A DNA stretch of 64,000 nt from Fistulifera solaris. Taxonomy: Eukaryota. Positions 21,087-34,033 of this stretch are shown here, one piece after another. The stretch spans positions 620,001 to 684,000 of the forward strand of contig AP026140.1 in the NCBI GenBank assembly GCA_030295235.1, in the 5' to 3' direction. Within the stretch, counting starts at the first letter, position 1. Each line of letters begins with the position of its first letter. Position numbers and translations under genes: made by a program. The notes under the pieces are model-generated. The model saw nothing but the letters and a program-made list of their open reading frames with translations. It searched no databases and was not told the origin of the DNA.

Positions 21087-23578
21087 ATGAAACTACTTTT
21101 ACTACTACTAACGAGTCTCCTTTCCGGGGCGTGCGCCCAAGATACCATGTATTTCAATCGCGTCAATGTCTTTTATCCCTGCTCGCAAGACGGCGCGGAA
21201 TGCAATTCCGACAACGAAACGGTCGCCGAGATTGTCGATGCGTCTCCGGATGGAATGACATTGGTGTATACCGATGGTACACAAGGTCGTATTGGTTTCA
21301 TTGACATTTCCGATCTCACCAATCCCCTGCCCATGGGGACCGTCGATGTGGGAGGGGAACCCACGTCGGTCGCCGTCACCAAAGACGGTTTGTATGCGGT
21401 GGTCGCCGTCAACACGTCTCCGGACTTTGTGAATCCGTCCGGTGTCATGCATGCGATTCGTATGGATACGATGGAAGTGGTGGTAACCACCGAACTGGGT
21501 GGACAACCGGATAGTATTGCCATTTCGGCCGACAATGCGTACATGGCCATTGTCATTGAAAATGAACGGGATGAAGATCTGGGTGAAGGTGGGATTCCGC
21601 AACTGCCCGGTGGATACGTCATTGTGGTCGACAAGACGGCCGAAGATCCTGCCGAATGGACGATGCAGAACGTCAATCTCACCGAGGCGCTCACGGCGGC
21701 CGGGGTCGACTTTCCCGAAGACCCCGAACCCGAGTATATCGCCATCAATGCCGAGAATGTGGCCGTCGTCACCATCCAGGAGAACAATGGAATTGCGCTC
21801 ATTGATCTTGCGACAGCGACCGTGCTCGGTGCCTTTTCCGCTGGAGCGGTCGATTTGGAGATGATTGATAGTGTGGAAGACAACATCATTGACATGAGCG
21901 CCTCGTTGTCACAAATCCCTCGTGAACCCGATACCGTTGCCTGGATTGGTACCGAGTTCTTTGCCACGGCCAATGAGGGTGATTTGAATGGTGGATCGCG
22001 GGGATTCACCATCTTTGATCGCAATGGAACGGTTGTTTTTGACATTGGCAACGCCATGGAACATGCGATTGCTCGTATTGGTCAGTATCCGGAAGGCCGT
22101 TCGGAAGCCAAAGGCAATGAACCCGAGGGATTGGCGTACGGGGTCTTTGGGGACGAAAATTTACTCTTCGTCATGAGCGAACGAGCGTCCGTGGTCCTCG
22201 TGTACAGCATTGCGGATCCTTCCAGCCCCACCGAAGTCACTTTGAAGCAAATTCTTCCTTCGGAAGCTGGACCGGAAGGTATTGTCCTGATTCCTTCGCG
22301 CAATATGGTCGCCATTGCTACCGAAACCGATGAACGAGGCAACACGATTCGTGCGACGGTCGGCCTTTACGAAATGCGAGCAGGTGAACCCATCTTTCCC
22401 CATTTGACCAGTGCCGATCGCGAGGATGGTACACCCATTCCGTTTGGTGCTTTGAGTGGCTTGGCCTGTGGTGATGCGCCCGGACTTTCGAATCCTCTGG
22501 CCAATACCGTCTTCACCATTGAAGACAGTTTTTACAATCAGAGTCGTATGTTCGAGATTGATACCAGTACCAAGACGCTCACCAGAGAAATTCGTTTGAT
22601 GGACAGCAACGGCGCGCTCGCTGCTGTTTCTGCCTCCCAAGTCAATGATGACATGACAGTTAGCTTGGATAATGAAGGCATCGCATTGGCTGACGACGGA
22701 ACCTTTTGGATTGTCAGTGAGGGAGCTGGAACTGTCGGAGATCCCGAAGAACCTTTGGAGTCGGCGAATCTGCTCTTGCATGTGACTGCCGAGGGCGAGA
22801 TCGTTCACGTGTATACTTTACCCGAAGAGGTAAACGCCATTCAAGTCCGCTTTGGATTTGAAGGTGTTGCCGCGTATGGAGACTACTTGGTGGTCGCTTT
22901 CCAGCGTGCATGGGGCGAGGAAGCCAATCCTCGCATTGGCATCTTCAATAAAGCTACGGAGGAATGGAAATTCGTTTTTATCCTTTGGACGAAGTCAAGT
23001 CTCAAAACGGCGGCTGGGTGGGTCTCAGTGACATTGCGCCGATGGGATCGGGAATGTTTATGGTGTTGGAGCGAGACAATCAAGGTAAGAAGAACACTGC
23101 TACGTGATTTCGGGCCAGCATTGACTAAACATGCGTGTCTTTTGAATATCCAGGATCGAAGGATGCCGTCATCAAGCAATACTGTACCATCGACCTTGGT
23201 GAGGACCTAAGCGCCGTCACAGATGGGGCTGACATTACAAAGAGCGATTGCGTTGATATCATTCCGACTTTCTTTGAAATGACGAAAGGGTCAACCCGGG
23301 AAAAGTTTGAAGGTCTCTGTGTCACTGCGCAAGGTAATATCTGGGTCAACAATGACAATGATGGATTGAATGATAATAGTGGCGAGAATGTGCTTGCAAT
23401 TGTGGGTACAATTTCTCTTCCTGGAGATGATGGCAGTGCCCCCGTCGATGGCGGGCAGGAGAGTCCAGCTGGTGCTCCCCTTGACGGCCCAGTCGGAACT
23501 CCGACAGGATCGTCTGCAACAGCCGCAACCTTGATGTTGCCTGTTGCACTGCTTGCTGTAGCCGCCATTGCGTTCTAA
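21087..23578 (+). CDS. Secreted/GPI-type phosphatase-like protein: choice-of-anchor-I-like beta-propeller plus phytase-like domain; frameshift ~22983, intron ~23085-23153
   Basis: Signal peptide; GGEPTSVAV, GQPDSI, DPEPEYI, QENNG, REPD, TANEGD, RSEAKGNEPEG, then GALSGL, DNEGI, RFGFEGV, EKFEGL, NNDNDG; Ser/Ala/Pro spacer and hydrophobic tail. Confidence 0.85.
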
Positions 23579-23728
23579 TAGAAAAGCACAAATATGGCTT
23601 GCTTTATATGCTCGCGTCATGCACGAATATTCGTGCGACCTGTGACGAAAACTTCCTGTAATTAACAAAACTTTTAACACGCGTTGCAACCGTTTATGAA
23701 CTAGCATCTTACTTCTTATGTCTCGAGC

Positions 23729-25292
23729 TCATCGCCGCGCAGCAAGTTTGTCGAAATTCTCCGCTCCCATCAATTCTCTGAACCGGTTTAACATTTCCTC
23801 GCGTGATGTTGGCTGGGTATTACTTTGCTGTAAAAAAAAGTGCTGCGGCTTTATAGCATGCTTGCAAAGCTTGTGTTTCTTGATCCGGTGTTTCTGCATG
23901 TTGAATAGCAAGTCGAAACGACTCGACTGCTTCTTTCCATTTTCCTCGACTAGCTTGAGCTCCACCTAAACTGTAGCGAGGCGCAAATCGCTCCGGACTT
24001 TGTTCAAGGGCCTTTTTGTAAAAATGAATTTCGGAATCTTTTCCTTCGTGCAGAACGCCCAAGTTTGTAAATGCCACAGATTTATCGATTGTGCTGGCCT
24101 CGGGCGTTTGTATGATTTTTTTGGTACAGAGCTTCCTGTTCTTTTCATTGCCAGGACCACGTAGCTCGTACGCTTCAGCGAGAAGGTTCATAGCGGACAC
24201 ATCGGAAGCATCCACTTGCAAGCATATTTTCATGCAAGCAATGACCTTTTCAATGTCACGATTTTTATAGTGAAGGCAGCCCAATGGGTAGGCGACTGAT
24301 CCTGATAGCGGATGGACATTGTCTTGGCAGTACTCAAGCACTTGGATTGCTTTCTCGGGATTTCCTTGTTTCTCTAGATTAGACGCCCATAAATTGTACG
24401 ATCCTTCAAAAGTAGGGTTGATTTGAACTGCAGCTTCTAACATCTTCATATCATCGGAATCCTGCAAAAGCTGTCGAACGATTTCTGCCTTGTCTTGATG
24501 CATGCAGAAGCCTCCAATGATATACCTTTCTCCGGCTTCTACCGCATGACCGGCATGCTTCAATCCACCCGGACGCACAGTAACTTGGCCAGCTTTCATT
24601 TTCAAAATATTGTTGTCGGCGTCGATGCCTTCGATCCAAGTACCTCCGCCTTCAAAGTCCTCGTTCAATGCAATGGTGAATGACAAACATCCCGAGTCGG
24701 TATGAATGTCCGTTCTACGACCCGTCTCTGGAGTATAGCGAAACAAATACGCGGAATCGACGCAGAGTCGCGCAGCATCTTCACAAAAGTCGGGAAATTG
24801 TTGCGCCAAAAGAGGAAACAAGCGTTGGGCGCAAGTTTTCACAAACCAGTCGTAGACTGCCGGTACATCCTTGATCCAAAATCCGGTCACAGGATATTGC
24901 CCCGATTTCAATTCTTTCCATTGACCCTTATTCGTTTCTAGAAAATACCGATTGGCCATATCGATCACGGAAGCGCACTCTTCGGGGGAAAAGACATCCG
25001 CGACATACACGCGCCGTGACAAAATGTCCGGAAAATCAGGAAGTGAACCAGGTGCGTCAATGTTGTATTCCTTAAATTGGTGTTTAACCGAGGTCCCTTC
25101 TTCAACGACGACTTTGTTTGTCGGATAATTGGTGAGAGCTTGCTCAACGGCTTGTTTGTGTCGTTGAAAGGCCAGTTTCCGGGCTTCGTCGAGAACGGAC
25201 GGAGTAATTGTGAAGAGATCGGCAAGTGTATCGACAGACGCTTTCGCCCAAGCCGAACCGCCCGCGAAAAGTAAGAGCGATAGCCAATTCAT
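23729..25292 (-). CDS. 2OG-Fe(II) oxygenase (prolyl/lysyl hydroxylase-like) plus TPR repeats; frameshifts in the 3' part
   Basis: RY.PE...IHTD...SFTIALN..FEGGGT...H.G.....GERY motif followed by TPR-like helices. Confidence 0.8.
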
Positions 25293-25532
25293 TGTAACTG
25301 AAATAGTGTTAAGATAGATCAGTGCAAGTGGGTTTGAAGACTAGTATTTTATGGCATGCAAGAATGTTTTTGATGTTGAAGAGATAGCATCGTCTGCAAA
25401 AAAATGAAAGCAAAGCGACGGCGACGTATGACATACAGACGCTTGTTATCGCATGCGACGCGACGAGTAGGTGTGCGCGACGATTTTGCGTGACGAAGAT
25501 CTCGTATTTTTCGTCCATTTTCATGCAGCATT

Positions 25533-26336
25533 CATGCTATCATTTCCTCCAATCATGATACGAAACCGCAACAAATCACGGATACGAAATGCACCGGCAT
25601 GGTTACAACTACTGCTAGTTCTCATGGTCACTGAAATCAACGGCTTTCGTCCCTATTCCTCTTATCGATTCGCCCCCAACGGTGTCTGCATCTCACCCAT
25701 CCATTTCATTGACGTCAATGACAGCGCCAACACCTTCGTTATGCGCTCAGTACCCGGTGAGGGTGATTGCATGTTTTTGGCGGTAGCCTTGGCGACTTTG
25801 ACGAGTATGGGATTGGGTGGCAATGACACTCTGTTGAGGGCCATTTCTCGTGAAACTCGGGATGTTGTGGCTACCGTATTGGAAGCTCCTTCGGGGCATC
25901 TCGTCATTGAAGGAAAACGGCTGGTCACAACACAAGCATTGTTGCGGTCCGCTGCGAAAGGCGAAGGTCTGTCTACGGAAGAATATCTCACACAATTACG
26001 GAAAGAAGGGATCGAGGGCGGGCTCTACGGGGAGGTCCTGAGCTAACAGTTTTAGCTAATGTGTTACGGAGACCTATTAGTATTTATGAAATCGATTCCA
26101 ATGGAATAGAACAAGCTGGAGAGCAAAGGACAGAAAAAGATGTCGCTTTCGTAAGAAGAATGGGCGTCTTTGGGAAAGACTTCTTCCAGGATCCGTTAGA
26201 AGCGCTTCCCGAGTCAGCCATCCTGTCACACCCCTGGGTGAAAAATGGAGCATATAGCTGGCATTTACATATTCTTGTTGTTGATACAAGTCCAGGAGAG
26301 AAGCATGCATGTGTCTTGCTTCCTCAAAAACGATGA
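25533..26336 (+). CDS. OTU-like cysteine protease; frameshift ~26030
   Basis: VPGEGDCMFLAV; YGGG(P)EL.VLANVLRRPISIYE after frame correction; C-terminal His in EKHACVL. Confidence 0.75.
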
Positions 26337-26581
26337 TCCTAGCTCTCCGATTGTTTAGTCGCGAACACACGTAGCATGGCTTACCGGTAGTGTGATGCTT
26401 GTGAAAACCATCTTCTCGATCAAAGCGGTACCCATCTTTCTCCGTGCGATGCTGACGTCATTCGAGTTTTTCGGCAAGCGCACGGCACGTGAGAACGAAC
26501 AAATATTATTACCTGGTAGTAAGATACGGAGTAAACATTAGAAGCAGGCGTTATAACAATACCCAGAAACAACAAAGCATC

Positions 26582-26965
26582 ATGTCGGAAAAATCGAGTT
26601 CTATTTTACAGCAAATTGCTGGGGCACTTGGAGCAACAGGTGTCGGTTTGGGCGCCATTGGCGCTCATGCGTTGCGCAAGAAATTGGAACAACGTGGAAT
26701 GACGGCCGCTTGGAATACAGCGATTCTCTACCAGCTTTTTCATTCAGCAGCGCTCGTCGGTGTTGCAGCTCTCGCAAAAGGTAGTGCACACGAGAAGCAG
26801 CTTACCCGGGCTGGGCAAGTCATGGCGGTAGGAAGTCTTTTGTTTTCGGGGTCAATCTACATGCTGTGCTTCGAAATAGGCCCTAAATACATCGTCGGTC
26901 CTACTACTCCTATTGGTGGATTCTTTATGATAGGAGGTTGGATCATGCTTGGCTTGGCGGTTTAA
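26582..26965 (+). CDS. DUF423/TMEM256-family small membrane protein
   Basis: GAIGAHAL, W.TA..YQ.FH, LFSGSIY, GPTTPIGG...I.GW. Confidence 0.9.
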   Translation: MSEKSSSILQQIAGALGATGVGLGAIGAHALRKKLEQRGMTAAWNTAILYQLFHSAALVGVAALAKGSAHEKQLTRAGQVMAVGSLLFSGSIYMLCFEIGPKYIVGPTTPIGGFFMIGGWIMLGLAV

Positions 26966-27050
26966 TAAACGCGCTTCTGCTCCTTTTGTTCGCTTGCGTC
27001 CGGCTGTTAATAATCAATATAAAATTGTCTATAAACACAACAAAACATGT

Positions 27051-28072
27051 CTAGTCTTTAGAATTCTCCATTTTTGATTGATAATACTTTTCAAGCATAG
27101 CATGATGATGTCTGACTTTGGTTCCCACTTTCTTAAGCTTTTCGTTGAGAATTGCATCCAGTACCAACTCCATCACAGGAAACGCTAAAGCCGCCAACAA
27201 CGCCAGTATAGCTTCCAAGACGACCACTGTAACATAATTCCAAAACAGACCGCGGAACCATAATGCAGCCAGCATCGACACAACCGCCATACCAGCATAA
27301 ATCAAGGGATTTTTCGGCAAAGAAGAGCTGTTGTATGTAAACATGAAAATGACCAAAGCTTCTCCCAAAAAGAATATCCAAGAGGATCGAAGTGAATTGT
27401 GCATCAGCATCAGGCCTGCTGCTATCGCCAAGGGTGATAACACATCAGTAGGAGAGCCGCCAGCTTGTCGTATACTTTGCACGATGCGAAAGGCAATGTA
27501 CGCCAGAAAGGCCAGTGCAGGATACATCGTCCATCTATAACGAACTAGAAATACAGAAACGGCACCCATCATCACTGTAACAATGAAAAGAAAATTCAAT
27601 TGAGGATCCCGAAAATGTTGGATGATGGAAAAGAAACAAATGTCGAAACAAACGTACTCGTTCGGACGGTTAATTGAAGCAAAAATGCTATCACCATCCC
27701 TGCAATTTCTTGAACTATGCCCTGTGCCGTTGTTGGTGCCGATTCCTTCTCTTCGTCTGTATCATTGTGTTCGTGCTCTTCATCGTCATCCAGATCGATC
27801 CCCAGTATGTCGTATTGCTTTCTGAGTTTAGGATTTGTGAGAACCTTTTGCGCCCGATTTAGAACTCGGAACGTCTCATCATCTCCACCTGGTTTGTCCG
27901 GATGGTGCTTCAAAGATAGCTTGCGGTAATTCTTCTTAATTAAATCCTCATCAATGACGGTCTCGTCGGGATTCTCTTTCGACTGAACTCCTTTTGGTAT
28001 GTTCAAGTACGTGTAGTATCCGTCAGGAGCTAGCAAACTGACAATAGCGTCAGAAGATTTGTATGACACCAT
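27051..28072 (-). CDS. DnaJ-domain polytopic membrane protein; intron ~27657-27575
   Basis: YY..L...[16 protein letters not shown]...VL.NP..R.QYD; several TM helices in exon 2; GTACGT...TACAG intron. Confidence 0.85.
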
Positions 28073-28192
28073 TTCCGCAATAATAGACTTTACAAGCTTA
28101 GAGGATATTGTTCTTTCACACGTCCACCGCAATCATAGGAATGCGCATAATTGAAAGTGAGCGATAATCGGAAAACGAGGACGACGCGAGAA

Positions 28193-28280
28193 CGAAATAA
28201 GGCAGTGGTGTAAAATTATGACTACAAGTGTTACATCTACCACGGAGGCTTCCCCGTCTGTACTACACTCGGTTATTTCG
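28193..28280 (-). repeat. 3' LTR (88 bp)
   Basis: Identical to 34919-35006; 8-bp terminal inverted repeat CGAAATAA...TTATTTCG. Confidence 0.95.
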
Positions 28281-28546
28281 GTCCCCTCACGATGAGACGC
28301 GAGCTAGGGCTTCAACGTGTCCTTCATAACCGATAAACCCTTATTTCATGGAAAAACAACATAAAAACCATGACGATTCATTCATCGAATCCATCCTTCA
28401 TCATGTGGAAAATACATCAAAACCACACATCGACTTGTCCGTGGAAAATACGTCAAAACCACGTATCAAACTTGAAACTTCAATCACTGTACCTGGACGA
28501 AAAACTTATCCCCAGGAGGCTCATCCCATCGGAATAGTAAACATAA

Positions 28547-31500
28547 CTACCCAACCAGTGCATCGGGACCTATCGCCTGCATCACTGATGTAAAATACGC
28601 TTCACCAGTGGATCTCGTACATTCCCAGCTTGAATCTTCGTCAGAATATCTGCCAAATTCGTCTTCGTGAGGCTCGTAGGATACATCAACAATACCCATC
28701 GCAACTCGCTCACGCATTACATAGTAATATGCCACCGAATTGGACTTCTTCTTCAGAACTGATTCAGGAATACTCGAGTTCTTGATCACCGACATATTGT
28801 CACCTTTGACAACCGCAGGATCTTCTACCGGCACACCCATCATCTGTAGTTTGTACCGTAGACCTTCGATTAACTCGACCGCCGTTTTCATAGCACTAAA
28901 CTCAGCACCAAATGTCGACGTCTCAATCGAAGTTTGCTTCTTGCTGTACCATACTGTCAATGACCTGTTCAAATAGATCAAGACACCTGTACGGGAACGA
29001 CGAGTAACATGGTCACCCGCCAAGTCAGCATCAACGAAACACGTTATTTGCACAGGCTTACCCAATGGCTTTGGACAATCCGTCGGAATCATAGGCTTAG
29101 CATCTCGGTAAAAGTCATTCCAATCAGGTCTAGGTTGTCTGGCGTGCTCGACATACGAAGGATCGAACACAATCTTAGACCTTTCATGTGACTTCAAATA
29201 TGCAAAGACATGCACAACCGCAGCTAGATGGCCTTTCCTTGGCATCGCACTGTGAGACGCAAGCATCAAAACTTCACCACAAATATCAACTCTTCCAAGC
29301 TCGACCATCCAGCGTAAAACCCCTATTTGCGAGTGATATAACTGGATTTCGTCATCGCACTCCGGGCGATATGTCAAGCTCCGGACGGTACTTCGGTGGT
29401 AAAACACTTGACGCCTTCTTCGGTAAAGCCTCATCTCGCTTTTCCAACCAAAGACAAACGTTTCGTATTGCTTCCTTCACATATTCATTCGAACTCATCG
29501 ACCAACAAGGCTTTTCATCACCCGGGAATTGATGCTGACCAATCATCGAACCCAAGTAGCGAGTTGGCTTGCCTATCGAACCTTCTTTCAGAAGAAAGTG
29601 TTGATCAAGCTTGTATAGAATAGCTTCCGGCCACAGAAACACACAGGATGTCATCCGTATAGACCAATACCAACTCGTAGTAACTAGTCCCATCCGCTTT
29701 CTGTGCCGGCCGTATCCATACATCGTTATCCGCTCGACAAGGTGTAAAACTCAACGACTCATGCAAACACTCACTCAGATATGACCTCCACGCAGCTCCA
29801 GAACTCTTCAGTCCGTAAAGAGCTTTCACGATTTTCGCCTTTCGACCTTTGAACTGTGGACCAAATTCGGCACCGCAAATAATAAAGATTCGTTCTCGAA
29901 CTGGTGCATTCAAGTACGCATTTCCAATATCTGCCGCCATAATGTCCAAATCGTTCAATGCCGCTAGTAGGAAGGCAATCCGCACGCTTTCTCTCGATAC
30001 AACACTAGCATAGGTAATCGAGCTCGGGCGGATCCGTCATGTGTCCCCCCTGCTACGAGGGCGGGCCTTCCGTGTGAAATCTGGTTTTATATCAAAAACC
30101 ATGTGAACCCCAATCTTGGTAAAACCAGCAGGATTGGGAGCGTCTTCATCAAGGATCTGAAACGCCTTAGCTACCGCGACGCATCTCTTCTTAACGCCCC
30201 AAAAGTCAGTTCCCGTAGCGCGATCAATCGCCAATGCTTCTTCGACTGTCTTTGGCAATGCGATCCCATATTTCTGAGTAACACGAAAGTAGCGCTTAGC
30301 CATCGCTTTGATGATCCTGGTCCTTCTCTTGAGCGTGTAGGGAACCCACCATGAGAAAGCAGGCTCCTCAGCAATCTGTCTCGCAACAGCAAATTCCGCT
30401 AACTGTAAAGGGTGAGACTGCTTTAGGTCTTTCAGTTTCTCCCAAGTAGTAGTGCCATCATTCCATAGACAACACAGTTTCCATCCCTTGGTAGTCCGCT
30501 TAGGATACTTTCGGTTGTTGTGGATCACGAATGCCTCTTCATGCGGAACCGCTGCGACTCTTTCTTGTAGTCCACTATTTCCTTTAGGACATAACTCGCA
30601 CGCCCATGGTCATCGACTTCGGCATAGATGGCTTCAGCGATCTGATTCGCATGATAAGCCTCCACTTCACCCGTATCAAATTCAATCTCATACAGAGCGG
30701 TATCGAGCAAAGGGTTAGGATGGTACCGGCCAATAGGATTCCCGTCTTGATCGTGCTTTCGACCTTTAACCGTACCGTACGACATCAAGTCCCCTTGGCG
30801 GAAGCATTACCCTTGCTGAGATATATTGATTGTATGAATCGTAATCAAACTCATCAGCTTCCTTTATCTCGGGAACTTCCGGATCTTGCGACTCGGTCGG
30901 AACATAGTATTCCAACTCTGGGGTGCTTCGTCTTCCGGTATCTCGGTCGGATCCAAGGGCATGGCTCGGTCCTTCAGCTTTTGCTCCAACGTCTGCGTGA
31001 ACTTTGCCTTCAACTCAGCAACGGCTTGGCTATTCTGTTCCTCAACTGACAAAGGGAAAACACTTGTACGGGAAATCGGTCGACCAGAAGCGGGTAGGAT
31101 CCTAGCACATAGGACATCACCGACATCGGAAACTGGGACCAAGGTATCTTCCAAGATGCTTCCTTTCCATATTTTCGTCTTGAGGCGAGATAAACCAAAC
31201 CCAATCATACCAACCGAACTCACAAATGTGTGAAATATCGGCGGTGTCCCCTGTCAAAAGCGTCATGCGGCACTTCACCATCTAACTGTCTTATCGAAAG
31301 ACAAGAGTGGCTCCGAACATACGCGTGGTAGACCAAACATAGGTCCCATAGACAACGTGGGGAATTCGTGCGAATCATAGCACGCCCTATACATCCTTTT
31401 CAATTCACGAATGCCGTCTTCAGCGAGGGTTGGCGTTGGGCGTGTGTGCTTCGATCGGCCTAATGGTCGCTTGCACTCGCTATGCCTTTCGCTTAAACTC

Positions 31501-34033
31501 TCCTGCTGTCAACTCTCCGGCATTGTCTGGAATTAAAGTGTGAGGGACTCCGACGCTGACGAAACAAGTTGCCAAGCGTGTAATGGGCATCGCTTTTCAA
31601 TCGGGTCCACACACATCCAGTGAAAGGGGGTGCAATACACAGCCGCATATTTGTTACCCAGCAGTGAGACACATGTACCGACCAGAATGTCGCAGTACAT
31701 CTCCGTATTAAGCCGAGGATAACGCAGCTGGTACGCAAATGGTTTGAGACGGCAGCGTTCCAGAGACTGTCGAGAAGTCCCGAATTGCCCGTTGGCGTCG
31801 TTTCGCTGGAGCGTCAAGCCTAGCCGTCTCGATCCCTATACTCCATCGTTTTGCCAAATCTTCGGGTGTGACATATGCTTTCCGGTTCTTCGTTGAGATT
31901 GCAGCACTTGTAAGCCAGCATACGAATCGATGTCAAAAGCTGCCGAACGCGCTCAGCTGAAATCACAGCAATCGAACGAGCTGGCGGGACAAACGTGCGC
32001 TCACTCGTAACCGAACCAAGCATCCTCTGTCCCCCTAAACGAAGCTCAGAGTCAAGGGAAACACGCAATGAGTCCTCATCATGCTGCGTGGTTAGAATCC
32101 ATAGGATCCCAGAACGACTCGGAGGTGACGTTTACATGGATGCAGTCAACGTCCGAGCTCAGTTCGTTGTCGGTCGGTCGAAGTAGTGGGGAAATATGAA
32201 ATAGTCCCCATCAGTTTCAAAGGAATCTGGAGAGCTGGCTCAGAAAACAAAATAGAATGGCTCTCCGGGCGACGTTGTTCCGGGAGGTAGGTGTAGGAGA
32301 GGAGTTTCATTCACAACGACTTGGTTGTGCCGGTTGAGCGGGGCTGATCAAGTGTCCATGCATGTTTGAAAAGTAGAGTGACTGGTGAAAGAACAAAACG
32401 TAGGTTTGCAGCGTCGTGGGGCAATCGTATGCAACCGCAACTGTACCAATGGGAACTTTGGTCACTTTCCCAAGAGAACTAATGAATGGTTCCACCGAAA
32501 CTGTTTCGGCCGGGTATCATACACGAGAACCGCGTCTTTACCGAACGAGCAAGTATCGCGAGTGCGAGTCCAATTCAGCTCTACCAGGAGTCTGTTGTCG
32601 CATTGCCGCCGCGAACTCGCTGCACCGCCAGTCAAGGTCGCCGACTCATGCGGTTACCTGTCGACTCAACCACATCGTCACTATCGGAGTCAGCCGTCTC
32701 AACAGCTGAAGCATTTCGCCTCGGACTTAGCCCTTTCACGAGCATTGCGAACTTCTTCCTGTTTCTCTTCGGCAACTTGATCCACTCCTTCCATTTGTAG
32801 TACGGGACACCATCCTTGCCTTTCTTTGCTTTTCCGCCCTTTCCTTTACCAGATTTGCCGCCACCTTTCTTGTTGTTACCGCCGCCAGAATTTCTGGTAA
32901 CCGAAGAAATGTTGCTAGTGGAACCACGGGTCTTTGCTGCATCTTGCTTCTTTCTATCAACCTGCTCAGCCAAGTAGTTCATCGCGTTTTCGAAGGTACT
33001 TTCCAACACAGCATCAGCCCGGACGCGCTCGACGCTCATCTTTAGTTCATCTGCCCAGATGTTGTCTAGAAAGATTCGTACCTTCCTATCTTCAGTCATC
33101 ACCTCACCCGCCTCTTCCAAGTCCAAGAAAGCCAAGTTAAGCTTCTGACAGTAGTCTTCAAAGGTGAAGTTACGCGCCTTTCCATCATAGAAGACTGTCG
33201 AAAGGACTCGGTCGGCCTGAGCAATGTTGCGCTTCTGATAAGAACGCCCCATATAGTGAGTCTTCAAGGCAAAATAAGCGGCGTCCATCCTTGCTGTAAG
33301 CAAAAGGCTTAACCCAATTCCAAGCTGGTCCACCGTGTGAAACCTGACGAATAACGCCTCCACAGCATCATATTGTCTTCTTCATACTGGTCTCCATCAT
33401 GGCGAGTACGACGAACAAGTTCCGACATAGCATCAGGGACACCGAAACCTGGATCATCAACCCCTTCGATTCCATCGGGATCGACATGCTCCCGCACAAG
33501 GTACGACAAAGGCGCACCATAAGCTCCAAGGTGATTGCCAAGTACCTCGTCGATGTCTTCAATCGTCTTCCGAGCGTTTTCCACCTTCAACAACACATCA
33601 ATCTTAGGAAGATCTTTGTTGGTCTCGCATGCGACGAATGCGCCACGCAAAGTCCAAGCGTTCCAATCGAGCAAGAGTTGCAAAGCCAGGAACAAACTCG
33701 CTGCAAGCGGTGCAAGTGGAAAAGGAAGTAGCGAAGCTGACGAACACGGAGCTCAAGATTGACTCCGATCGCAATACCACGGTTCGGAATCATCGCAGGT
33801 TGCATCGGTGCAGCCTCCGCTCCAGCCGCAGGAGGGACAAAGGCTGGGTTTGGAATCAAACCCCCAGGGTTTCGAATCTTCGTAAAGATCTCCTGAACGT
33901 ACTTATCACTCCGGTGCGTCAAGTCGTCAAACGCGGTAATGCCTTGGCCATTGATGGCCTGATGAGCTGCCGCATCCTCAATAAAGAGGACATCACGGAG
34001 GTAGTTGTTGAATGCAGCAAGATTGGCTGCCAT
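28547..34033 (-). CDS. gag-pol polyprotein, fragmented by many frameshifts in this sequence
   Basis: Successive minus-strand ORF fragments carry gag, protease, integrase, RT and RNase H motifs in copia order. Confidence 0.85.

Noticed and set aside
28345..28470. CRISPR-like repeat-spacer pattern
   Set aside because: Only 2-3 degenerate copies, inside a retrotransposon UTR, and no cas genes
30860..32500. Heavily broken integrase/protease region as evidence of an old, dead element
   Set aside because: The LTRs are identical; poor consensus quality in a multicopy repeat is at least as likely
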